Of a DNA stretch of 64,000 nucleotides, positions 29,367 to 38,131 are shown piece after piece. Numbering within the stretch: position 1 is the first letter of the stretch; every line of letters starts with the position of its first letter. This stretch comes from Ignavibacteriota bacterium (GTDB taxonomy: Bacteria; Bacteroidota; Ignavibacteria; UBA10030; CAVZMI01): NCBI GenBank assembly GCA_963835935.1, contig CAWIHK010000002.1, positions 804,108 through 868,107 on the forward strand, written 5' to 3'. The notes beneath the pieces are model-generated. The model did not search any database, was not told the origin of the DNA, and saw nothing but the letters and a program-made list of their open reading frames with translations. A program made the translations under genes and the position numbers.

Positions 29367-30044
29367 CTTTACAATCTTTCCATCAACCAAAACAATTTTT
29401 CTTTTGAGATACGCCATGACTTTTTCGTCGTGCGTGGCAAAGATAAATGTTGTCTGGAATTCTTCGTTCAACTGCACCATTGTTTTCATAATGTTGTGTG
29501 AATTTGCCGCATCGAGGTTGGCAGTTGGTTCATCGGCAAGCACAATTTCCGGTTTTTTTACAATGGCTCGCGCGATTGCCACCCGCTGACTTTCTCCGCC
29601 AGAAAGCTGCGCGGGTTTCGATTCCGCACGTTCTGTGAGGCCGACCCAACTTAGCGCATCCATCACAAGTTTCTTTCTTGTGGATGAATCCATCCCGAGC
29701 AGCAGTAAAGGAAACTCCACGTTCTCATAAACAGTATAAACCGGCAATAAATTGAAAGTTTGAAAAATGAAACCAAGACGATTCATCCGCAATTGTGCTG
29801 CATCTTTGTGTCCGAGTGATTCTACTTTCTGCCCAAGTACTTCCACACTGCCGCTGGTTGGAATGTCGAGACAGCCGATGATGTTTAATAGAGTCGTCTT
29901 GCCTGAACCGCTGGGACCAACCAATCCTAAAAATTCACCCTTTTTGATCGAGAGATTAATTTTATCCAACGCTTTTAACTTGGTCAATCCAAGCGGATAA
30001 ATTTTGTCGAGGTTTTCAGTTTTTATTAATAACGAATTCTGCAT
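29346..30044 (-). CDS. ABC transporter ATP-binding protein (LolD/MacB-type).
   Basis: Walker A GPSGSGKTT. Signature LSGGESQRVAIARA. Walker B VLADEPT. Confidence 0.9.
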   Translation of the reverse strand: MQNSLLIKTENLDKIYPLGLTKLKALDKINLSIKKGEFLGLVGPSGSGKTTLLNIIGCLDIPTSGSVEVLGQKVESLGHKDAAQLRMNRLGFIFQTFNLLPVYTVYENVEFPLLLLGMDSSTRKKLVMDALSWVGLTERAESKPAQLSGGESQRVAIARAIVKKPEIVLADEPTANLDAANSHNIMKTMVQLNEEFQTTFIFATHDEKVMAYLKRKIVLVDGKIVKDEWING

Positions 30045-30076
30045 ATTCTTTCCGTATTCTTAGATCATTATTTTAT

Positions 30077-30718
30077 CTATCTTTTTCCTATATGAATTTT
30101 TTCGCCTGAGTTAACCACTGCCGTGCGAATGTATTGCAATCCCGCATTCGAAAACAATAACTTGAACTCATCCGTGCTATAGAGTTTTACATGTTCGGGT
30201 TCGAACAATCTTCCGATTTTATCTATCATTTTTACAAACAATGTATCTGCCGTCGGATCGAGTATGTAAATTTCACCTGCGCTTTTCAACAAACGGCGCA
30301 TCTCGACTAACGCTCTGTCCGGATGCAGATAATGATGAAACGAATTTGTGCAAATTATAATATCGAAAAGTTTATCGTCTAGCGGAATCGATTCTACATT
30401 CGCTTTTATGAAAGCAAAATTATTTCGATCCCTAAAACGTTCATTCGCCTTCTCAATCATTTTCAATGATAAATCGACTCCATAAAATGAGCCGTTGAAG
30501 CTAATCATTTCTGCACAACGGCCGATTGCTCGGCCTGTTCCACATCCAACATCGAGTAAACTTATCCCTTCTTTAATGTCCAACAAAGAGAAAAGTCGGT
30601 CTTGCCCTTGCCTCAAATATCTATGCCTCCATGTATCGCTATCGATTGTCTCCGCCCATTGGTCCCATTTTGTTTCATTTAATCTAATATGATCGATTTC
30701 ATTTTTTGCCATTGGCAT
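30077..30718 (-). CDS. Class I SAM-dependent methyltransferase.
   Basis: Motif I LDVGCGTGRAIG. Confidence 0.75.
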   Translation of the reverse strand: MPMAKNEIDHIRLNETKWDQWAETIDSDTWRHRYLRQGQDRLFSLLDIKEGISLLDVGCGTGRAIGRCAEMISFNGSFYGVDLSLKMIEKANERFRDRNNFAFIKANVESIPLDDKLFDIIICTNSFHHYLHPDRALVEMRRLLKSAGEIYILDPTADTLFVKMIDKIGRLFEPEHVKLYSTDEFKLLFSNAGLQYIRTAVVNSGEKIHIGKR

Positions 30719-30739
30719 TCCTTTGGATACTTTATATCT

Positions 30740-31900
30740 TCAATGATTAAACACAACCATAAATTGAATTCCATTCCCGGCAAATGGATTGCTGCCTCCC
30801 ACAGTTTGATAGAGTTGGATATTCTGTGGATTCCAAAATGCAAGAAGATAGAATATCCAATTGTCATAAGTCCTCTGCAATGTCACCAGACGATACCATT
30901 CTTTATTTGTCCAATCACGATACACCATGCATGACAATCGGTCGAGAAGGCCGAGTGGGTAACTTAATGACAGTGCTGAAAGCCCGCGTCCGTTTATTGC
31001 ACCGAATGGTTCATTAGGATTTTCGAAACGGCAGTATTCGGTCAGCGCAGTTAATCCGCTTCCGATATCAAAAGTGTAATCGGCTCCCACAGTCCATTGC
31101 CGCTGATATTTCATTCCGGGAACTTGAGTTTGTTCGTGAATGATTACTCCCTCGAACCATAAACCAATTCCTAAATCCCATTTAGCATCAAGCGCAAACC
31201 GATTTTCAGGGACAGAAGATTCAGTCGCAACGTTCGGAATCAATGGCAGGTTACCGAAATCAGCCTCTCGATGATGATATGAAAACCCTGCCTCACCGGT
31301 CCACATTGGAATCTGGATTCTTCCGCCGTACTCGATGCTTTTTTTGTTTGTCGGAGTAATTTCCCATCCTTTGGTTTCGTCGTTGCCGTAAAGTCCCCAG
31401 AGCCAAATATTTGTATTGTCGGAAAAATAATATCGCCCGAGCAAACCATACACTCCATCGGTGAGTTGGAGTGGATCGCGTGGATCAATTTTATCAAACC
31501 ACATGAGCGGCCGAAAAAGAGTAGCGGAACCGAAACTTATTTTTTGTAATCCGGCTCTAACTTCGAAATCGTTCGAAGCTAATCGGAACGAGGCGCGATA
31601 TAGTTTTAATTTTCTATCGTAGTCCGGATGTTGTTTTTTTTCAAAGCTATCTGTAGCGTAACCATTCAACGACAAATCCGCTTCGCCATTAAGATCATCA
31701 CCGAATTTCTGATCAAGAGTCAGCTCCGGGATATACCGAAAACCTGTTTGAGAAACCAGCGTATTACTCGGTGTGAATATTGTCCACCCTGATGCCTGAC
31801 CGTGCAACGACATGGTTTGATCTTGCGCTTTCATCAATTCGCAATAAACAAATAGAAGGATAAGAATATTTTTTATTTCATGTTTCACAATTAATTTCAC
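30740..31900 (-). CDS. Putative outer-membrane beta-barrel protein (hypothetical).
   Basis: Signal peptide. Gly/Tyr/Trp-rich alternating pattern. Aromatic-rich C-terminus. Confidence 0.45.
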   Translation of the reverse strand: MKLIVKHEIKNILILLFVYCELMKAQDQTMSLHGQASGWTIFTPSNTLVSQTGFRYIPELTLDQKFGDDLNGEADLSLNGYATDSFEKKQHPDYDRKLKLYRASFRLASNDFEVRAGLQKISFGSATLFRPLMWFDKIDPRDPLQLTDGVYGLLGRYYFSDNTNIWLWGLYGNDETKGWEITPTNKKSIEYGGRIQIPMWTGEAGFSYHHREADFGNLPLIPNVATESSVPENRFALDAKWDLGIGLWFEGVIIHEQTQVPGMKYQRQWTVGADYTFDIGSGLTALTEYCRFENPNEPFGAINGRGLSALSLSYPLGLLDRLSCMVYRDWTNKEWYRLVTLQRTYDNWIFYLLAFWNPQNIQLYQTVGGSNPFAGNGIQFMVVFNH

Positions 31901-32494
31901 TTACTGTTTTTCTAATCTTGCGAATAAGGTTTGTACAAAATGATCCTTAATGGCTTTGATTGGAAATAATTCAGGAGCGACGAAATAGTTGGCAGTGATA
32001 CCATCAAAGAACACGCCGAGCATATAACAATCGAGATCAGGGTCTTTTGATCCAAGTTGAACAAAGACCTCCCGTAATTTTGCAAGATAGAGATCAAGGT
32101 ACTGTTTCCCTTTTTTTCTCATGAACTTCTGCCACCCGGCATCGAGATTCAACCGAAGTGAGAGTTTTATCCACAGCGGTTCATCTTTAAAATACTGCAG
32201 CCATAATTCGATCAGAGATAGTAGTTTTTCCTTCGGAGTAAGAGAATTGTCCTCAGCCTCATGTTTTATAAATAACATTTTCATCTCTTCATCAACGATG
32301 GCGATCAGGATATCCTGCTTCGTATGGAAATGAGAGAATATAAGCCCCTTTGAAACTTTTGCTTTCCGTGCAATTTCATCGGTTGTAGTCGATGAAAAGC
32401 CTTTCTTTGCAAATAGTTCCAACCCCGCTGACATTATGGCTTTCCGGCTTTTTGCCTTCATTTTTTCCGATAATTCCTTCGATCGCGGCGACAT
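31901..32494 (-). CDS. TetR/AcrR family transcriptional regulator.
   Basis: N-terminal HTH (FSSTTTDEIARKAKVSKGLIFSHF). Confidence 0.8.
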   Translation of the reverse strand: MSPRSKELSEKMKAKSRKAIMSAGLELFAKKGFSSTTTDEIARKAKVSKGLIFSHFHTKQDILIAIVDEEMKMLFIKHEAEDNSLTPKEKLLSLIELWLQYFKDEPLWIKLSLRLNLDAGWQKFMRKKGKQYLDLYLAKLREVFVQLGSKDPDLDCYMLGVFFDGITANYFVAPELFPIKAIKDHFVQTLFARLEKQ

Positions 32495-32655
32495 ATATAC
32501 CTCAGTTTGTTATGACTGACTACTCAGTCAATATAAATAAATGAAAGAAAGAAGTCAAGAAAAAAAGAGAAACCATTATTAAATTTATTTCAGGTACTAA
32601 GTTGAACTGAATTCATCATTGCCATTTTTAGATAAAAAAACGATATTGAATACAA

Positions 32656-32970
32656 ATGGAAATTAATTATGAAATAAATGATCTTCAAAAAGCCGAACTG
32701 GAGACGCTATGCCGAAAATATCACATTGTCCGGCTCTCTTTGTTTGGCTCGTTCTTGAAGGGGGACAACACATCATCAAGCGACTTAGATCTTCTTGTAG
32801 ATTTTGAAGAAGGATTCACACCGGGTTTTGCCTTTGCCGGTATTCAATATGCATTGTCTGAAATATTTGGCAGGCAAGTTGATCTTCATACTCCTGCAAG
32901 CCTTAGCCGCTACTTTCGTTCCCAAGTAATAATGGAAGCCCGTTCCTTATATGAAACATCAAAATCGTGA
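32656..32970 (+). CDS. Nucleotidyltransferase (MntA-like antitoxin).
   Basis: LFGSFLKGDNTSSSDLDLLVDF (GS...DxD). Confidence 0.8.
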   Translation: MEINYEINDLQKAELETLCRKYHIVRLSLFGSFLKGDNTSSSDLDLLVDFEEGFTPGFAFAGIQYALSEIFGRQVDLHTPASLSRYFRSQVIMEARSLYETSKS

Positions 32971-33322
32971 CGTAGTTCGTTTGAAACACATGCTTGATGC
33001 TGCAACAAAAGCTATAACATACTTTGCTAACAAATCCCGTAAAGATCTTGAAACTGATGAAATTCTTTCTCTTGCTCTTGTTCGTCTCATAGAAGTAATC
33101 GGAGAAGCGGCGTCAAAAATTAAAATAGAAACTCAAATCCGTCACTCTTCTATTGAATGGCGCGACATCATCGGAACACGCAATCGTCTGATTCATGCTT
33201 ATGAAGCAGTCAATCTTGATATTCTTTATCAGATTGTGAATACAGACCTTCCCATACTTATCACAAAACTTCGAAATGCAATCGAACAAGAGACTAAAAC
33301 AAATCAAGGAAATCTTTTATAA
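32951..33322 (+). CDS. HepT/DUF86-type HEPN toxin.
   Basis: Rx4-6H motif (RNRLIHAYEAV). Overlaps the upstream MNT gene. Confidence 0.75.
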   Translation: MKHQNRDVVRLKHMLDAATKAITYFANKSRKDLETDEILSLALVRLIEVIGEAASKIKIETQIRHSSIEWRDIIGTRNRLIHAYEAVNLDILYQIVNTDLPILITKLRNAIEQETKTNQGNLL

Positions 33323-33331
33323 GAAGAAATT

Positions 33332-34432
33332 ATGCGATACATCGATGAATATAGAAGCGCCGAAGCGGCAAAAAAATATTCGGATAAAATCAAAGCAGCA
33401 GTCACTCAACCATGGACAATCATGGAAATCTGCGGCGGACAAACTCACACCATCGTAAAATATGGAATTGAAGAATTACTTCCGCCGGAAATTACACTTG
33501 TGCATGGTCCCGGTTGTCCGGTTTGTGTTACTCCTCTCGAAACAATAGAAAAAGCAATCCGGATTGCATCCCGGCCTGATGTGATATTTACTTCCTTCGG
33601 CGACATGCTTCGTGTTCCCGGAACATCAAAAGATTTACTCACAATAAAAGCCGAAGGTGGTGATGTTCGCATAGTCTACTCACCCACCGATGCGGTGAGG
33701 ATCGCAAAAGAAAATCCGGATAAAAAAGTTGTCTTCTTCGGAGTTGGTTTTGAAACAACAGCGCCGGCAAACGCTATGTCTGTCTATCAGGCAAAACATG
33801 ATGGAGTGAAAAATTTTTATCTGCTTGCGTCACACGTTCTAGTTCCGCCGGCGATGGAAGCGATTCTGTCTTCACCGATAAGTCGCATTCAAGGATTTTT
33901 AGCCGCCGGGCACGTGTGCACCGTCATGGGATACAATGAGTATATTCCTCTTGCCGAAAAATATAAAGTCCCAATTGTAGTAACCGGATTCGAACCTGTG
34001 GATATTTTGCAGGGAATATTTATGGCCGTGCAACAGTTGGAATCGAAACGAACAGAGGTTGAAAACCAATACGCGCGCGCCGTGCGCAAAGAAGGAAATC
34101 TGCCTGCACAAAAATTGATGCGGGAGGTCTTTGTCGTTACCGATCAAAAGTGGCGCGGCATCGGAACAATTCCAATGAGCGGATTAAAACTCTCACCCGC
34201 ATACGCCGACCATGATGCCGATTTAGTTTTCGATGTTTCACAGATCGTAATACAGGAATCACCATTATGCATCGCCGGATTAGTATTGCAGGGAATTAAG
34301 AAACCGACAGAATGCACGGCGTTCGGCACTCAATGCACGCCGGAACATCCATTAGGAGCGCCGATGGTTTCGAGCGAAGGAGCATGTGCAGCATATTATA
34401 GATATAAAAACATAAAGATTGAGAAGCGATAG
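33332..34432 (+). CDS. hypD: [NiFe]-hydrogenase maturation factor HypD.
   Basis: CGGQTHT, GPGCPVC and CPVC motifs. C-terminal CxxH-type Cys cluster. Confidence 0.9.
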   Translation: MRYIDEYRSAEAAKKYSDKIKAAVTQPWTIMEICGGQTHTIVKYGIEELLPPEITLVHGPGCPVCVTPLETIEKAIRIASRPDVIFTSFGDMLRVPGTSKDLLTIKAEGGDVRIVYSPTDAVRIAKENPDKKVVFFGVGFETTAPANAMSVYQAKHDGVKNFYLLASHVLVPPAMEAILSSPISRIQGFLAAGHVCTVMGYNEYIPLAEKYKVPIVVTGFEPVDILQGIFMAVQQLESKRTEVENQYARAVRKEGNLPAQKLMREVFVVTDQKWRGIGTIPMSGLKLSPAYADHDADLVFDVSQIVIQESPLCIAGLVLQGIKKPTECTAFGTQCTPEHPLGAPMVSSEGACAAYYRYKNIKIEKR

Positions 34433-34618
34433 AAGGTCGATTTGTCCCGAGGGGATGCCTTCGGCAATAAATCGACCTACATGTTGGTCGAAATTCCTGT
34501 GGTGAGCTTGTCGAACCATTATTTCGACTCAGAAGCCTGTAGATCGAAATTACTCCTCGGTGTTTTTCCTAAGTGTAGATAGAAAATAATAAACAGGTAA
34601 AAACATTTATCGGAAGGA

Positions 34619-35185
34619 ATGATTATCACTGTGGAAAATACTTATTTCCTGCAATCAGCTCGATTACAATTTAGAAAATGGAATCGTGATGATAGCAACC
34701 TGGCGCAGATACTTTGGGGAGATGGCGAAGTAACACGATACATCGGCGGGCCATTCAGCAACGCCGATATCGACGCCCGCTTGGAAAAAGAAATCGATAA
34801 TGATATAAAGTATGGTTTTCAATACTGGCCAATGTTCTTACTGAAAGATGATAGTTTTGTCGGTTGCTGTGGATTACGTCCGTACAAAAATGAAACAACG
34901 GTTATGGAATTGGGTTTTTATGTTTGTAAAATGTTTTGGGGAAAAGGATACGCTACAGAAGCAGCCAAATGTGTTATTAAGTATGCTTTTGAAAAATATC
35001 ATCCAATAAAATTATTCGCCGGACATAATCCAAACAATGTTAATTCAAAAAGTACATTGGCAAAATTAGGTTTTCAATATACACATGATGAATACTATCC
35101 TCCAACAGGTCTGAATCATCCATCGTATGAATTGACGTATGAGAATTATCTAAGGATATATAAAAATGAAGGTATCGAATCATGA
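34619..35185 (+). CDS. GNAT family N-acetyltransferase (RimJ/RimL-like).
   Basis: Acetyl-CoA-binding-like segment (CKMFWGKGYATEAAK). Confidence 0.7.
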   Translation: MIITVENTYFLQSARLQFRKWNRDDSNLAQILWGDGEVTRYIGGPFSNADIDARLEKEIDNDIKYGFQYWPMFLLKDDSFVGCCGLRPYKNETTVMELGFYVCKMFWGKGYATEAAKCVIKYAFEKYHPIKLFAGHNPNNVNSKSTLAKLGFQYTHDEYYPPTGLNHPSYELTYENYLRIYKNEGIES

Positions 35186-35350
35186 GACAACGAAACGATA
35201 ATGCAAATTATGGATATAAGAATATAAAGATGGGGAAGAGATAAAAATATTTTCCCTCTCATCAAAATTTCCTTGTGGTAGAATTATTGAAACTTTACCT
35301 TTAACATCCGCGTATATTTTATTACCAAGTCAAAAAAGGAAAAACAAAAA

Positions 35351-36124
35351 ATGAATTATCCAAGTTGGTTATTGGAAGTAATAAGATGTCCGGAAACAAA
35401 AATGCCATTAAAAATGGAAAACGAATACCTGGTAAGAAAGGATGGTTTCAAATATCCGATTATTGATGGAATTTTATCATTGGTCTACCCACATAATTTG
35501 ATCGGAGCCGATAAAGACTGGAATAAATTTTATGATTTATTTGCTCCTTTCTATGACTTAAGCGAAAGGTTTTTCGGAAAGCTGCTCTTAGGATTGGATG
35601 TCCAGCAATCATGGAAACAAACAATATCATACTTAGGATTAAAACCGGGTATGAAAGTTTTGGAAGTATCGCCAGGTCCCGGTGTTTCTCAAGCATTCAT
35701 AAAAGAGGCAATTACCGATAAAGGAAATTTAGTGTCGTTAGATTTATCATTAGGCATGCTGCGACAATGCAAGAAAAAACAAAAACAATTAAATACATTC
35801 TTGATTCAAGGAAACGGAAGTTACCTGCCTTTCGATGATAATAGCTTTGACGCATTATTTCATTTTGGCAGTGTGAATCTTTATAATGAGCCGGAAAAGG
35901 CAGTAAAGGATTTCGTTCGTGTGGTTAAGAAAAACGGTATTGTTTCATGGGGTGATGAAAGTTCTTCAGACAAAATTCCCGATGGATGGAAAAAGAAATT
36001 TTTAATTAAGATGAACCCCGGCTATTTAAAACCGAGGCCTCTTATACCGGATGGCCTGGTTAATGTAAAAGAATATGAAGTATACGCCGGCTATGGATAT
36101 TTAGTAGTTGGCATAAAAGCATAA
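35351..36124 (+). CDS. Class I SAM-dependent methyltransferase with an N-terminal Trm112-like zinc-ribbon-like segment.
   Basis: N-terminus VIRCPETKMPLK...YPIIDGILSL (Trm112-like). Motif I VLEVSPGPG. Confidence 0.7.
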   Translation: MNYPSWLLEVIRCPETKMPLKMENEYLVRKDGFKYPIIDGILSLVYPHNLIGADKDWNKFYDLFAPFYDLSERFFGKLLLGLDVQQSWKQTISYLGLKPGMKVLEVSPGPGVSQAFIKEAITDKGNLVSLDLSLGMLRQCKKKQKQLNTFLIQGNGSYLPFDDNSFDALFHFGSVNLYNEPEKAVKDFVRVVKKNGIVSWGDESSSDKIPDGWKKKFLIKMNPGYLKPRPLIPDGLVNVKEYEVYAGYGYLVVGIKA

Positions 36125-36398
36125 TAAAAATTGACCTACATGTTGGTCACGCGCTTTGAGGGAGTTTCCGCCTCCACTTCGTTTCGGCGGACAGGGTACT
36201 CCCAAACCACGATCAACCACGCGAGATGTGCTCCCCCTTTTTTAATCGATCAAAATGTCCTCGATTACCATTGACATTTACGGATGTTTTGTTTTATTAT
36301 CAAACAATAACACGAAAATAATCTTACAATGAGAATGTATAACCACGACATGCTCGTCGTTGTTACGGCTATGCAGTCCACTGAATCTTTAACTATCA

Positions 36399-36932
36399 GT
36401 GGAACGTATGCTTGAATTCCTTAATGAAATATTCAGAACATTCTTGAGAAACAAAGAGTGGATTTTTTCTGGAATCGGCGCCTTTTTAATTGGGCTGTTT
36501 TTCACTTGGCTAACTTCCCGGAAGAAACCAAAACTTAGAATAAAACTCACTCTTACAATCTCATTTGTCCAAGTCGAAGATCAACTTGGTCCCAACATTC
36601 CTCTCCTTACAGCATTTATTACGAACATTAGCACTCGCAACGTTTTTGTTCAGCAGCCACTAATTAAGACTTCAAAAATAGTTGATGGTACTACTACTTT
36701 TCAACTGATCCGGAGAGACCAAAGCACAAAATTCCCAATGGAGCTAACCCCTGGTGAACAATTTCGCCAGGACTATCAATCTGTTGCATTTGAAAAACTA
36801 GTTTTATCAAAGTTAAAAGATCGACACTCTGTTCGCTTATTGGTCACCAATACATTAGGTCATAAATTTTACTCAAATAAGTTCCTAGTGAAAACAATCA
36901 AGCAACACAATCAACTTGCAGGTTATCGTTAA
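36399..36932 (+). CDS. Hypothetical membrane-anchored protein (one N-terminal TM helix).
   Basis: Hydrophobic segment GIGAFLIGLFFTWL. TTGACA-N17-TTATTA promoter-like element upstream at about 36267-36295. Confidence 0.45.
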   Translation: MERMLEFLNEIFRTFLRNKEWIFSGIGAFLIGLFFTWLTSRKKPKLRIKLTLTISFVQVEDQLGPNIPLLTAFITNISTRNVFVQQPLIKTSKIVDGTTTFQLIRRDQSTKFPMELTPGEQFRQDYQSVAFEKLVLSKLKDRHSVRLLVTNTLGHKFYSNKFLVKTIKQHNQLAGYR

Positions 36933-37068
36933 ATAGTGGGACGAGAATTCACTTATATTACATGGTGTGGATGGTCCATAGTATTTGATACACCTCACGA
37001 CCGAAAAATTATTTCGGATGCAAATAAATCGATTTTATAATCTAACATTTAATCCAAAGGAGAATTAC

Positions 37069-37296
37069 ATGGCGAAAAAACAGCAAGGCGATGAATATGG
37101 TCTACCAAGTTTGTCTTTGGTTTTCGGATACATCGCTATCAAGGATCTTCAACGACTCGATGATCGCGTAACCGTTTTGAGCCGCCTCGGCTATGGGGCA
37201 AACGAAATTGCTACTATATGTGATACTTCCCCAGCAACTGTCCACACATTGCGTTCAGTCGCAAAAAAAACAAAACTTTTTCGGGGGTCTCGATGA
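37069..37296 (+). CDS. Small stand-alone sigma-70 region-4-like HTH protein (75 aa).
   Basis: Strong SD AAAGGAGAA before the ATG at 37069. Sequence DRVTVLSRLGYGANEIATICDTSPATVHTLRSVAKK resembles ECF sigma region 4. Confidence 0.45.
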   Translation: MAKKQQGDEYGLPSLSLVFGYIAIKDLQRLDDRVTVLSRLGYGANEIATICDTSPATVHTLRSVAKKTKLFRGSR

Positions 37297-37508
37297 AAAA
37301 CGACGACAATGCTATGAAGCTTATGCTGGCTTATCTATGTATTTCAAAGGAGGCTGAGGCTAGTTTAATACGTAAGGTTGAAATTCTAGATCGATTCGAT
37401 CTCTCAGATTTAGATATTTCAACCGTCTGCAATCGTTCGATCCAAGCGGTGCGAAACGCCCGCCACTTACAGAAAAAGGAAATTCATGTCAAACCGAAAA
37501 AGGCATAG
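37293..37508 (+). CDS. Second small sigma region-4-like HTH protein (71 aa), paralogous to the upstream gene, translationally coupled (ATGA overlap).
   Basis: ILDRFDLSDLDISTVCNRSIQAVRNARHLQKK. Confidence 0.4.
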   Translation: MKNDDNAMKLMLAYLCISKEAEASLIRKVEILDRFDLSDLDISTVCNRSIQAVRNARHLQKKEIHVKPKKA

Positions 37509-37998
37509 ACGCAGAAGGATCATAAAGATTCCTGCTCCTTATTTTGAGGCCATCGAACTTGGAAATATTTTATTCCCTTCGCTATTTCAACTTGAAAACG
37601 GTTTGAGATTGGCAATTCATAATTTCCTTAAAACATGCTATGGCCCCGATTGGTGGACGGTTTCACTCAAGTTAAAGCTTCCAACCGTGTTTGAATATGT
37701 GGAAGAACAGCAAAAGAAACGAAATGCGATGCCTTGGATCGGTGACTCTTCTCGAGTGTCTCTACTTCCCATTCACCTGGTGACATTGGGGCATCTCGAG
37801 GAGATAGTCAAAAAATATAGTCCAGATTGCATTCCACAACTATTTCCAACATTGAATTTCTTTCTCGGCCACATGGAAGTCATAAAACGAGTTCGTAATC
37901 TATACTCGCATATGTTTCCATGTATCACACAAGCAGATTGCAGACTTGCACGTAGAGAAATACTTACATTGGCGGCACACATCAACACACGTCTCTGA
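37486..37998 (+). CDS. HEPN-domain protein (Swt1/Abi-like; predicted RNase toxin).
   Basis: C-terminal Rx4-6H motif in a helical context (VIKRVRNLYSHMF). Overlaps the upstream gene. Confidence 0.45.
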   Translation: MSNRKRHRRRRIIKIPAPYFEAIELGNILFPSLFQLENGLRLAIHNFLKTCYGPDWWTVSLKLKLPTVFEYVEEQQKKRNAMPWIGDSSRVSLLPIHLVTLGHLEEIVKKYSPDCIPQLFPTLNFFLGHMEVIKRVRNLYSHMFPCITQADCRLARREILTLAAHINTRL

Positions 37999-38131
37999 TG
38001 CGTGCGCCTTAAAATATCGCTCACATTTATAGTATACCAACAGCTGCGTGGTGTATAACAACGCGATGAATTTCAATCATCTTCCCTCGAATGATAGAGA
38101 AAATTATTATAATAGAGAATTCGAATTTTTC

